Assembly: GCA_032718475.1 (NCBI GenBank)
Contig: JAUCBJ010006431.1
Coordinates: forward strand, 1-36,677
Direction of reading: 5' to 3'
DNA: 36,677 nt
Source of the DNA: Nemertoderma westbladi
Taxonomy: Eukaryota; Animalia; Xenacoelomorpha
Of this stretch, positions 10,688-24,300 are shown one piece after another. Each line of letters begins with the position of its first letter. Within the stretch, counting starts at the first letter, position 1. Under the pieces are notes generated by a model. It was given only the letters and a program-made list of their open reading frames with translations, was not told where the DNA came from and did no database searches. Position numbers and translations under genes: made by a program.

Positions 10688-11242
10688 TTAAATTAAATTA
10701 AGTTTTAAATTAAGTAATTAAGTTCTTTCGATGACCCTAGGGGTCGAGAAATATTTTGGGCTAAATGTCCTGATTCTATATTTTTTATTGGGGGTGTAAG
10801 ACTCCTGTTCTTCCTTTAATTTAATTTAATATATATGTTCTTTCGATGACCCTAGGGGTCGAGAAATATTTTGGGCTAAATGTCCTGATTCTATATTTTT
10901 TATTGGGGGTGTAAGACTCCTGTTCTTCCTTTAATTTAATTTAATATATACATACCAACCCCCTGTTAGTCAGTATGTCGTTAACATCAATTATCATCTT
11001 ATGAAAGTGGAGCAGAATTCCGACATTACTGCAAATCATAAAATCTTATTTAAATTTTATACTGTGTGTGTGCCCTAGCATTCCACCAGTTTCCCATTGG
11101 TAACATATTTACTTACCATAGGCCTATAGGGTTCCTGTGTTCTGTGGTCTGACTTCTGTTTTGGGCTAGGTGGTAACAGAGTTGATGGTGCGATTATTTT
11201 AGGTCATTGGTGCATTATAGATAGGCTTGGCTAATTCCCTGT

Positions 11243-11296
11243 CCAGCTGACGAGGTGTCGAGGATTAGCGCGTACTGGTCCAAGACACCGAAACGC
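11243..11296 (+). ncRNA. Hammerhead ribozyme core, unit 1 (atypical arrangement)
   Basis: CCAG-CTGACGA (11247-53), stem II GGTGTC (11254-59)/GACACC (11284-89), GAAA (11290-93), then CGC. Confidence 0.65.
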
Positions 11297-11909
11297 AACA
11301 CAAATTAATTATTTTTGCCTCAGTCATACCCCTTTCACGGCGACAAAATTGTCATATATTTTCTTATAGAATATAGGCTTAGCTATTGTGCAGTTTATTA
11401 ACGGTATCATTTAGTGTATGGCGGTTAGGGTTAGGGTTGCGACACATACCTGTATGTTTAGCATGTATTTATATTTGTTTGTGTTTGTGTTTGTGTGTTT
11501 GTTGTTCTTTCGATGACCCTAGGGGTCGAGAAATATTTTGGGCTAAATGTCCTGATTCTATATTTTTTATTGGGGGTGTAAGACTCCTGTTCTTCCTTTA
11601 ATTTAATTTAATATATACATACCAACCCCCTGTTAGTCAGTATGTCGTTAACATCAATTATCATCTTATGAAAGTGGAGCAGAATTCCGACATTACTGCA
11701 AATCATAAAATCTTATTTAAATTTTATACTGTGTGTGTGCCCTAGCATTCCACCAGTTTCCCATTGGTAACATATTTACTTACCATAGGCCTATAGGGTT
11801 CCTGTGTTCTGTGGTCTGACTTCTGTTTTGGGCTAGGTGGTAACAGAGTTGATGGTGCGATTATTTTAGGTCATTGGTGCATTATAGATAGGCTTGGCTA
11901 ATTCCCTGT

Positions 11910-11963
11910 CCAGCTGACGAGGTGTCGAGGATTAGCGCGTACTGGTCCAAGACACCGAAACGC
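11910..11963 (+). ncRNA. Hammerhead ribozyme core, unit 2 (identical to unit 1)
   Basis: CTGACGA at 11914-20, GGTGTC...GACACC, GAAA at 11957-60, then CGC. Confidence 0.65.
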
Positions 11964-12344
11964 AACCATATTTTTCACAAATTAATTATTTTTGCCTCAG
12001 TCATACCCCTTTCACGGCGACAAAATTGTCATATATTTTCTTATAGAATATAGGCTTAGCTATTGTGCAGTTTATTAACGGTATCATTTAGTGTATGGCG
12101 GTTAGGGTTAGGGTTGCGACACATACCTGTATGTTTAGCATGTATTTATATTTGTTTGTGTTTGTGTTTGTGTGTTTGTTGTTCTTTCGATGACCCTAGG
12201 GGTCGAGAAATATTTTGGGCTAAATGTCCTGATTCTATATTTTTTATTGGGGGTGTAAGACTCCTGTTCTTCCTTTAATTTAATTTAATATATACATACC
12301 AACCCCCTGTTAGTCAGTATGTCGTTAACATCAATTATCATCTT

Positions 12345-15300
12345 ATGATATGGAGTAGCTGTTAACTCAATCTGGAGATTGTATGGCATGATATGGAGTC
12401 TGTTAACTCAATCTGGAGATTGTATGACATGATATGGAGTAGCTGTTAACTCAATCTGGAGATTGTATGGCATGATATGGAGTCTGTTAACTCAATTCGG
12501 AGATTGTATGACATGAGATGAATTCTGTTAACTCAATCCAGAGATTGTACGACATGAGATAGAGTCTGTTAACTCAATCTTGAGATTGTGCGACATGAGT
12601 CGGAGTCTGTTAACTTATTTTGGAGATTGTGCGACATGAGCCGGAGTCTGTTAACTCAATCCGGATATTGTATGACATGATATGGAGTCGGTTAACTCAA
12701 TTCGGAGATTGTGCGACATGAGATGGTGTCTGTTAACTCAATCTTGAGATTGTGCGACATGAGTCAGAGTCTGTTAACTCATTCTGGAGATTGTGCGACA
12801 TGAGTCGGAGTCTGTTAACTCAATCCGGATATTGTATGACATGAGATGAATTCTGTTAACTCATTCCAGAGATTGTACGACATGAGACGGAGTCTGTTAA
12901 CTTAATCCGGAGATTGTGCGACATGAGATGGAGTCTGTTAACTCATTCTGAAGATTGTGCACATGAGTCGGAGTCTGTCAACTCATTCTGGAGATTGTGC
13001 GACATGAGTCGGAGTCTGTTAACTCAATCCGGATATTGTATGACATAAGATGAATTCTGTTAACTCAATCCAGAGATTGTACGACATGAGACGGAGTCTG
13101 TTAACTCAATTTGGAGATTGTGCGACATGAGTCGGAGTCTGTTAACTCAATCTGGAGATTGTATGACATGATATGGAGTCTGTTAACTCAATCTGGAGAT
13201 TGTATGACATGATATAGAGTAGCTGTTAACTCAATCTGGAGATTGTATGGCATGATATGGAGTCTGTTAACTCAATCTGGAGATTGTATGACATAAGATG
13301 AATTCTGTTAACTCAATCCAGAGATTGTACGACATGAGACGGAGTCTGTTAACTCAATTTGGAGATTGTGCGACATGAGTCGGAGTCTGTTAACTCAATC
13401 TGGAGATTGTGCGACATGAGTCGGAGTCTGTTAACTCAATCTGGAGATTGTATGACATGATATGGAGTCTGTTAACTCAATCTGGAGATTGTGCGACATG
13501 AGTCGGAGTCTGTTAACTCAATCTGGAGATTGTATGACATGATATGGAGTCTGTTAACTCAATCTGGAGATTGTATGACATGATATGGAGTAGCTGTTAA
13601 CTCAATCTGGAGATTGTATGGCATGATATGGAGTCTGTTAACTCAATCTGGAGATTGTATGACATGATATGGAGTAGCTGTTAACTCAATCTGGAGATTG
13701 TATGGCATGATATGGAGTCTGTTAACTCAATCTGGAGATTGTATGACATGATATGGAGTCTGTTAACTCAATTTGGAGATTGTATGACATGATATGGAGT
13801 CTGTTAACTCAATCTGGAGATTGTATGACATGATATGGAGTAGCTGTTAACTCAATCTGGAGATTGTATGGCATGATATGGAGTCTGTTAACTCAATCTG
13901 GAGATTGTATGACATGATATGGAGTAGCTGTTAACTCAATCTGGAGATTGTATGGCATGATATGGAGTCTGTTAACTCAATCTGGAGATTGTATGACATG
14001 ATATGGAGTCTGTTAACTCAATCTGGAGATTGCATGACATGATATGGAGTCTGTTAACTCAATCTGGAGATTGTATGACATGATATGGAGTCTGTTAACT
14101 CAATCTGGAGATTGTATGACATGATATGGAGTCTGTTAACTCAATCTTGAGATTGTGCGACATGAGTCGAAGTCTGTTAACTCATTCTGGAGATTGTGCG
14201 CCATGAGTCGGAGTCTGTTAACTCAATCCGTATATTGTATGACATGAGATGGAGTCTGTTAACTCAATTCGGAGATTGTGCGACATGAAATGAAGTCTGT
14301 TAACTCAATCTTGAGATTGTGCGACATGAGTCGGAGTCTGTTAACTTATTTTGGAGATTGTGCGACATGAGCCGGAGTCTGTTAACTCAATCCGGATATT
14401 GTATGACATGATATGGAGTCGGTTAACTCAATTCGGAGATTGTGCGACATGATATGGTGTCTGTTAACTCAATCTTGAGATTGTGCGACATGAGTCAGAG
14501 TCTGTTAACTCATTCTGGAGATTGTGCGACATGAGTCGGAGTCTGTTAACTCAATCCGGATATTGTATGACATGAGATGAATTCTGTTAACTCATTCCAG
14601 AGATTGTACAACATGAGACGGAGTCTGTTAACTTAATCCGGAGATTGTGCGACATGAGATGGAGTCTGTTAACTCATTCTGAAGATTGTGCACATGAGTC
14701 GGAGTCTGTAAACTCATTCTGGAGATTGTGCGACATGAGTCGGAGTCTGTTAACTCAATCCGGATATTGTATGACATAAGATGAATTCTGTTAACTCAAT
14801 CCAGAGATTGTACGACATGAGTTGGAGTCTGTTAACTCAATTTGGAGATTGTGCGACATGAGTCGGAGTCTGTTAACTCAATCTGGAGATTGTATGACAT
14901 GATATGGAGTCTGTTAACTCAATCTGGAGATTGTATGACATGATATAGAGTATCTGTTAACTCAATCTGGAGATTGTATGGCATGATATGGAGTCTGTTA
15001 ACTCAATCTGGAGATTGTATGACATAAGATGAATTCTGTTAACTCAATCCAGAGATTGTACGACATGAGACGGAGTCTGTTAACTCAATTTGGAGATTGT
15101 GCGACATGAGTCGGAGTCTGTTAACTCAATCTGGAGATTGTGCGACATGAGTCGGAGTCTGTTAACTCAATCTGGAGATTGTATGACATGATATGGAGTC
15201 TGTTAACTCAATCTGGAGATTGTGCGACATGAGTCGGAGTCTGTTAACTCAATCTGGAGATTGTATGACATGATATGGAGTCTGTTAACTCAATCTGGAG

Positions 15301-18300
15301 ATTGTATGACATGATATGGAGTAGCTGTTAACTCAATCTGGAGATTGTATGGCATGATATGGAGTCTGTTAACTCAATCTGGAGATTGTATGACATGATA
15401 TGGAGTAGCTGTTAACTCAATCTGGAGATTGTATGGCATGATATGGAGTCTGTTAACTCAATCTGGAGATTGTATGACATGATATGGAGTCTGTTAACTC
15501 AATCTGGAGATTGTATGACATGATATGGAGTCTGTTAACTCAATCTGGAGATTGTATGACATGATATGGAGTAGCTGTTAACTCAATCTGGAGATTGTAT
15601 GGCATGATATGGAGTCTGTTAACTCAATCTGGAGATTGTATGACATGATATGGAGTAGCTGTTAACTCAATCTGGAGATTGTATGGCATGATATGGAGTC
15701 TGTTAACTCAATCTGGAGATTGTATGACATGATATGGAGTCTGTTAACTCAATCTGGAGATTGCATGACATGATATGGAGTCTGTTAACTCAATCTGGAG
15801 ATTGTATGACATGATATGGAGTCTGTTAACTCAATCTGGAGATTGTATGACATGATATGGAGTCTGTTAACTCAATCTTGAGATTGTGCGACATGAGTCG
15901 AAGTCTGTTAACTCATTCTGGAGATTGTGCGCCATGAGTCGGAGTCTGTTAACTCAATCCGTATATTGTATGACATGAGATGGAGTCTGTTAACTCAATT
16001 CGGAGATTGTGCGACATGAAATGAAGTCTGTTAACTCAATCTTGAGATTGTGCGACATGAGTCGGAGTCTGTTAACTTATTTTGGAGATTGTGCGACATG
16101 AGCCGGAGTCTGTTAACTCAATCCGGATATTGTATGACATGATATGGAGTCGGTTAACTCAATTCGGAGATTGTGCGACATGAGATGGTGTCTGTTAACT
16201 CAATCTTGAGATTGTGCGACATGAGTCAGAGTCTGTTAACTCATTCTGGAGATTGTGCGACATGAGTCGGAGTCTGTTAACTCAATCCGGATATTGTATG
16301 ACATGAGATGAATTCTGTTAACTCATTCCAGAGATTGTACAACATGAGACGGAGTCTGTTAACTTAATCCGGAGATTGTGCGACATGAGATGGAGTCTGT
16401 TAACTCATTCTGAAGATTGTGCACATGAGTCGGAGTCTGTAAACTCATTCTGGAGATTGTGCGACATGAGTCGGAGTCTGTTAACTCAATCCGGATATTG
16501 TATGACATAAGATGAATTCTGTTAACTCAATCCAGAGATTGTACGACATGAGTTGGAGTCTGTTAACTCAATTTGGAGATTGTGCGACATGAGTCGGAGT
16601 CTGTTAACTCAATCTGGAGATTGTATGACATGATATGGAGTCTGTTAACTCAATCTGGAGATTGTATGACATGATATAGAGTATCTGTTAACTCAATCTG
16701 GAGATTGTATGGCATGATATGGAGTCTGTTAACTCAATCTGGAGATTGTATGACATAAGATTAATTCTGTTAACTCAATCCAGAGATTGTACGACATGAG
16801 ACGGAGTCTGTTAACTCAATTTGGAGATTGTGCGACATGAGTCGGAGTCTGTTAACTCACTCTGGAGATTGTGCGACATGAGTCGGAGTCTGTTAACTCA
16901 ATCTGGAGATTGTATGACATGATATGGAATCTGTTAACTCAATCTGGAGATTGTGCGACATGAGTCGGAGTCTGTTAACTCAATCTGGAGATTGTATGAC
17001 ATGATATGGAGTCTGTTAACTCAATCTGGAGATTATATGACATGATATGGAGTAGCTGTTAACTCAATCTGGAGATTGTATGACATGATATGGAGTCTGT
17101 TAACTCAATCTGGAGATTGTATGACATGATATGGAGTCTGTTAACTCAATCTGGAGATTGTATGACATGAGATGGAGTATGTTAACTCAATCCGGAGATT
17201 GTGCGACATGAGATGAAGTCTGTTAACTCAATCTTGAGATTGTGCGACATGAGTCGGAGTCTGTTAACTTATTCTGGAGATTGTGCGACATGAGTCGGAG
17301 TCTGTTAACTCAATCCGGATATTGTATGACATGATATGGAGTCGGTTAACTAAATTCGGAGATTGTGCGACATGAGATGGTGACTGTTAACTCAATCTTG
17401 AGATTGTGCGACATGAGTCGGAGTCTGTTAACTCAATCTGGAGATTGTATGACATGATATGGAGTCTGTTAACTCAATCTGGAGATTGTATGACATGATA
17501 TGGAGTCTGTTAACTCAATCTGGAGATTGTATGACATGAGATGGAGTATGTTAACTCAATCCGGAGATTATGCGAAATGAGACGGAGTCTGTTAACTCAA
17601 TTCGGAGATTGTATGACATGAGATGAATTCTGTTAACTCAATCCAGAGATTGTACGACATGAGATGGAGTCTGTTAACTCAATCTTGAGATTGTGCGACA
17701 TGAGTCGAAGTCTGTTAACTCATTCTGGAGATTGTGCGACATGAGCCGGAGTCTGTTAACTCAATCCGGATATTGTATGACATGATATGGAGTCGGTTAA
17801 CTCAATTCGGAGATTGTGCGACATGAGATGGTGTCTGTTAACTCAATCTTGAGATTGTGCGACATGAGTCAGAGTCTGTTAACTCATTCTGGAGATTGTG
17901 CGACATGAGTCGGAGTCTGTTAACTCAATCCGGATATTGTATGACATGAGATGAATTCTGTTAACTCATTCCAGAGATTGTACAACATGAGACGGAGTCT
18001 GTTAACTTAATCCGGAGATTGTGCGACATGAGATGGAGTCTGTTAACTCATTCTGAAGATTGTGCACATGAGTCGGAGTCTGTCAACTCATTCTGGAGAT
18101 TGTGCGACATGAGTCGGAGTCTGTTAACTCAATCCGGATATTGTATAACATAAGATGAATTCTGTTAACTCAATCCAGACATTGTACGACATGAGTTGGA
18201 GTCTGTTAACTCAATTTGGAGATTGTGCGACATGAGTCGGAGTCTGTTAACTCAATCTGGAGATTGTATGACATGATATGGAGTCTGTTAACTCAATCTA

Positions 18301-21300
18301 GAGATTGTATGACATGATATAGAGTAGCTGTTAACTCAATCTGGAGATTGTATGGCATGATATGGAGTCTGTTAACTCAATCTGGAGATTGTATGACATA
18401 AGATTAATTCTGTTAACTCAATCCAGAGATTGTACGACATGAGACGGAGTCTGTTAACTCAATTTGGAGATTGTGCGACATGAGTCGGAGTCTGTTAACT
18501 CAATCTGGAGATTGTGCGACATGAGTCGGAGTCTGTTAACTCAATCTGGAGATTGTATGACATGATATGGAATTGTTAACTCAATCTGGAGATTGTGCGA
18601 CATGAGTCGGAGTCTGTTAACTCAATCTGGAGATTGTATGACATGATATGGAGTCTGTTAACTCAATCTGGAGATTGTATGACATGATATGGAGTAGCTG
18701 TTAACTCAATCTGGAGATTGTATGGCATGATATGGAGTCTGTTAACTCAATTCGGAGATTGTATGACATGAGATGAATTCTGTTAACTCAATCCAGAGAT
18801 TGTACGACATGAGATAGAGTCTGTTAACTCAATCTTGAGATTGTGCGACATGAGTCGAAGTCTGTTAACTCATTCTGGAGATTGTGCGCCATGAGTCGGA
18901 GTCTGTTAACTCAATCCGTATATTGTATGACATGAGATGGAGTCTGTTAACTCAATTCGGAGATTTTGCGACATGAAATGAAGTCTGTTAACTCAATCTT
19001 GAGATTGTGCGACATGAGTCGGAGTCTGTTAACTTATTTTGGAGATTGTGCGACATGAGCCGGAGTCTGTTAACTCAATCCGGATATTGTATGACATGAT
19101 ATGGAGTCGGTTAACTCAATTCGGAGATTGTGCGACATGAGATGGTGTCTGTTAACTCAATCTTGAGATTGTGCGACATGAGTCAGAGTCTGTTAACTCA
19201 TTCTGGAGATTGTGCGACATGAGTCGGAGTCTGTTAACTCAATCCGGATATTGTATGACATGAGATGAATTCTGTTAACTCATTCCAGAGATTGTACGAC
19301 ATGAGACGGAGTCTGTTAACTTAATCCGGAGATTGTGCGACATGAGATGGAGTCTGTTAACTCATTCTGAAGATTGTGCACATGAGTCGGAGTCTGTCAA
19401 CTCATTCTGGAGATTGTGCGACATGAGTCGGAGTCTGTTAACTCAATCCGGATATTGTATGACATAAGATGAATTCTGTTAACTCAATCCAGAGATTGTA
19501 CGACATGAGACGGAGTCTGTTAACTCAATTTGGAGATTGTGCGACATGAGTCGGAGTCTGTTAACTCAATCTGGAGATTGTATGACATGATATGGAGTCT
19601 GTTAACTCAATCTGGAGATTGTATGACATGATATAGAGTAGCTGTTAACTCAATCTGGAGATTGTATGGCATGATATGGAGTCTGTTAACTCAATCTGGA
19701 GATTGTATGACATAAGATGAATTCTGTTAACTCAATCCAGAGATTGTACGACATGAGACGGAGTCTGTTAACTCAATTTGGAGATTGTGCGACATGAGTC
19801 GGAGTCTGTTAACTCAATCTGGAGATTGTGCGACATGAGTCGGAGTCTGTTAACTCAATCTGGAGATTGTATGACATGATATGGAGTCTGTTAACTCAAT
19901 CTGGAGATTGTATGACATAAGATGAATTCTGTTAACTCAATCCAGAGATTGTACGACATGAGACGGAGTCTGTTAACTCAATTTGGAGATTGTGCGACAT
20001 GAGTCGGAGTCTGTTAACTCACTCTGGAGATTGTGCGACATGAGTCGGAGTCTGTTAACTCAATCTGGAGATTGTATGACATGATATGGAATCTGTTAAC
20101 TCAATCTGGAGATTGTGCGACATGAGTCGGAGTCTGTTAACTCAATCTGGAGATTGTATGACATGATATGGAGTCTGTTAACTCAATCTGGAGATTATAT
20201 GACATGATATGGAGTAGCTGTTAACTCAATCTGGAGATTGTATGACATGATATGGAGTCTGTTAACTCAATCTGGAGATTGTATGACATGATATGGAGTC
20301 TGTTAACTCAATCTGGAGATTGTATGACATGAGATGGAGTATGTTAACTCAATCCGGAGATTGTGCGACATGAGATGAAGTCTGTTAACTCAATCTTGAG
20401 ATTGTGCGACATGAGTCGGAGTCTGTTAACTTATTCTGGAGATTGTGCGACATGAGTCGGAGTCTGTTAACTCAATCCGGATATTGTATGACATGATATG
20501 GAGTCGGTTAACTCAATTCGGAGATTGTGCGACATGAGATGGTGACTGTTAACTCAATCTTGAGATTGTGCGACATGAGTCGGAGTCTGTTAACTCAATC
20601 TGGAGATTGTATGACATGATATGGAGTCTGTTAACTCAATCTGGAGATTGTATGACATGATATGGAGTCTGTTAACTCAATCTGGAGATTGTATGACATG
20701 AGATGGAGTATGTTAACTCAATCCGGAGATTATGCGAAATGAGACGGAGTCTGTTAACTCAATTCGGAGATTGTATGACATGAGATGAATTCTGTTAACT
20801 CAATCCAGAGATTGTACGACATGAGATGGAGTCTGTTAACTCAATCTTGAGATTGTGCGACATGAGTCGAAGTCTGTTAACTCATTCTGGAGATTGTGCG
20901 ACATGAGCCGGAGTCTGTTAACTCAATCCGGATATTGTATGACATGATATGGAGTCGGTTAACTCAATTCGGAGATTGTGCGACATGAGATGGTGTCTGT
21001 TAACTCAATCTTGAGATTGTGCGACATGAGTCAGAGTCTGTTAACTCATTCTGGAGATTGTGCGACATGAGTCGGAGTCTGTTAACTCAATCCGGATATT
21101 GTATGACATGAGATGAATTCTGTTAACTCATTCCAGAGATTGTACAACATGAGACGGAGTCTGTTAACTTAATCCGGAGATTGTGCGACATGAGATGGAG
21201 TCTGTTAACTCATTCTGAAGATTGTGCACATGAGTCGGAGTCTGTCAACTCATTCTGGAGATTGTGCGACATGAGTCGGAGTCTGTTAACTCAATCCGGA

Positions 21301-24300
21301 TATTGTATAACATAAGATGAATTCTGTTAACTCAATCCAGAGATTGTACGACATGAGTTGGAGTCTGTTAACTCAATTTGGAGATTGTGCGACATGAGTC
21401 GGAGTCTGTTAACTCAATCTGGAGATTGTATGGCATGATATGGAGTCTGTTAACTCAATCTGGAGATTGTATGACATGATATGGAGTCTGTTAACTCAAT
21501 CTGGAGATTGTATGGCATGATATGGAGTCTGTTAACTCAATCTGGAGATTGTATGACATGATATAGAGTAGCTGTTAACTCAATCTGGAGATTGTATGGC
21601 ATGATATGGAGTCTGTTAACTCAATCTGGAGATTGTATGACATAAGATTAATTCTGTTAACTCAATCCAGAGATTGTACGACATGAGACGGAGTCTGTTA
21701 ACTCAATTTGGAGATTGTGCGACATGAGTCGGAGTCTGTTAACTCAATCTGGAGATTCTGCGACATGAGTCGGAGTCTGTTAACTCAATCTGGAGATTGT
21801 ATGACATGATATGGAATTGTTAACTCAATCTGGAGATTGTTCGACATGAGTCGGAGTCTGTTAACTCAATCTGGAGATTGTATGACATGATATGGAGTCT
21901 GTTAACTCAATCTGGAGATTGTATGACATGATATGGAGTAGCTGTTAACTCAATCTGGAGATTGTATGGCATGATATGGAGTCTGTTAACTCAATTCGGA
22001 GATTGTATGACATGAGATGAATTCTGTTAACTCAATCCAGAGATTGTACGACATGAGATAGAGTCTGTTAACTCAATCTTGAGATTGTGCGACATGAGTC
22101 GAAGTCTGTTAACTCATTCTGGAGATTGTGCGCCATGAGTCGGAGTCTGTTAACTCAATCCGTATATTGTATGACATGAGATGGAGTCTGTTAACTCAAT
22201 TCGGAGATTTTGCGACATGAAATGAAGTCTGTTAACTCAATCTTGAGATTGTGCGACATGAGTCGGAGTCTGTTAACTTATTTTGGAGATTGTGCGACAT
22301 GAGCCGGAGTCTGTTAACTCAATCCGGATATTGTATGACATGATATGGAGTCGGTTAACTCAATTCGGAGATTGTGCGACATGAGATGGTGTCTGTTAAC
22401 TCAATCTTGAGATTGTGCGACATGAGTCAGAGTCTGTTAACTCATTCTGGAGATTGTGCGACATGAGTCGGAGTCTGTTAACTCAATCCGGATATTGTAT
22501 GACATGAGATGAATTCTGTTAACTCATTCCAGAGATTGTACGACATGAGACGGAGTCTGTTAACTTAATCCGGAGATTGTGCGACATGAGATGGAGTCTG
22601 TTAACTCATTCTGAAGATTGTGCACATGAGTCGGAGTCTGTCAACTCATTCTGGAGATTGTGCGACATGAGTCGGAGTCTGTTAACTCAATCCGGATATT
22701 GTATGACATAAGATGAATTCTGTTAACTCAATCCAGAGATTGTACGACATGAGACGGAGTCTGTTAACTCAATCTGGAGATTGTATGGCATGATATGGAG
22801 TCTGTTAACTCAATCTGGAGATTGTATGACATGATATGGAGTCTGTTAACTCAATCTGGAGATTGTATGGCATGATATGGAGTCTGTTAACTCAATCTGG
22901 AGATTGTATGACATGATATAGAGTAGCTGTTAACTCAATCTGGAGATTGTATGGCATGATATGGAGTCTGTTAACTCAATCTGGAGATTGTATGACATAA
23001 GATTAATTCTGTTAACTCAATCCAGAGATTGTACGACATGAGACGGAGTCTGTTAACTCAATTTGGAGATTGTGCGACATGAGTCGGAGTCTGTTAACTC
23101 AATCTGGAGATTCTGCGACATGAGTCGGAGTCTGTTAACTCAATCTGGAGATTGTATGACATGATATGGAATTGTTAACTCAATCTGGAGATTGTGCGAC
23201 ATGAGTCGGAGTCTGTTAACTCAATCTGGAGATTGTATGACATGATATGGAGTCTGTTAACTCAATCTGGAGATTGTATGACATGATATGGAGTAGCTGT
23301 TAACTCAATCTGGAGATTGTATGGCATGATATGGAGTCTGTTAACTCAATTCGGAGATTGTATGACATGAGATGAATTCTGTTAACTCAATCCAGAGATT
23401 GTACGACATGAGATAGAGTCTGTTAACTCAATCTTGAGATTGTGCGACATGAGTCGAAGTCTGTTAACTCATTCTGGAGATTGTGCGCCATGAGTCGGAG
23501 TCTGTTAACTCAATCCGTATATTGTATGACATGAGATGGAGTCTGTTAACTCAATTCGGAGATTTTGCGACATGAAATGAAGTCTGTTAACTCAATCTTG
23601 AGATTGTGCGACATGAGTCGGAGTCTGTTAACTTATTTTGGAGATTGTGCGACATGAGCCGGAGTCTGTTAACTCAATCCGGATATTGTATGACATGATA
23701 TGGAGTCGGTTAACTCAATTCGGAGATTGTGCGACATGAGATGGTGTCTGTTAACTCAATCTTGAGATTGTGCGACATGAGTCAGAGTCTGTTAACTCAT
23801 TCTGGAGATTGTGCGACATGAGTCGGAGTCTGTTAACTCAATCCGGATATTGTATGACATGAGATGAATTCTGTTAACTCATTCCAGAGATTGTACGACA
23901 TGAGACGGAGTCTGTTAACTTAATCCGGAGATTGTGCGACATGAGATGGAGTCTGTTAACTCATTCTGAAGATTGTGCACATGAGTCGGAGTCTGTCAAC
24001 TCATTCTGGAGATTGTGCGACATGAGTCGGAGTCTGTTAACTCAATCCGGATATTGTATGACATAAGATGAATTCTGTTAACTCAATCCAGAGATTGTAC
24101 GACATGAGACGGAGTCTGTTAACTCAATTTGGAGATTGTGCGACATGAGTCGGAGTCTGTTAACTCAATCTGGAGATTGTATGACATGATATGGAGTCTG
24201 TTAACTCAATCTGGAGATTGTATGACATGATATAGAGTAGCTGTTAACTCAATCTGGAGATTGTATGGCATGATATGGAGTCTGTTAACTCAATCTGGAG

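Larger units (their letters stand above)
10688..12344 (+). mobile_element. Non-coding retrozyme/Penelope-like tandem insertion with a 13-bp TSD
   Basis: ATGATATGGAGTA flanks both sides (10675-10687 and 12345-12357). Layout: AT-rich junction 10688-10721, partial unit 10722-10836, full units 10837-11503 (667 bp) and 11504-12180 (677 bp), partial unit 12181-~12348. Each full unit carries a hammerhead core. Confidence 0.75.

Noticed and set aside
10722-10760. Second hammerhead-like motif CTTTCGATGACCCTAGGGGTCGAGAAATATT
   Set aside because: The GACCC/GGGTC hairpin is real, but both core boxes deviate from CUGANGA and GAAA and no stem I pairing is visible.
11386-12278. Two identical 71-aa Cys-rich ORFs
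   Set aside because: They start at TTG, the Cys/Leu content comes from the GT-rich tract, they cross the unit junction, and their identity only reflects the tandem duplication.
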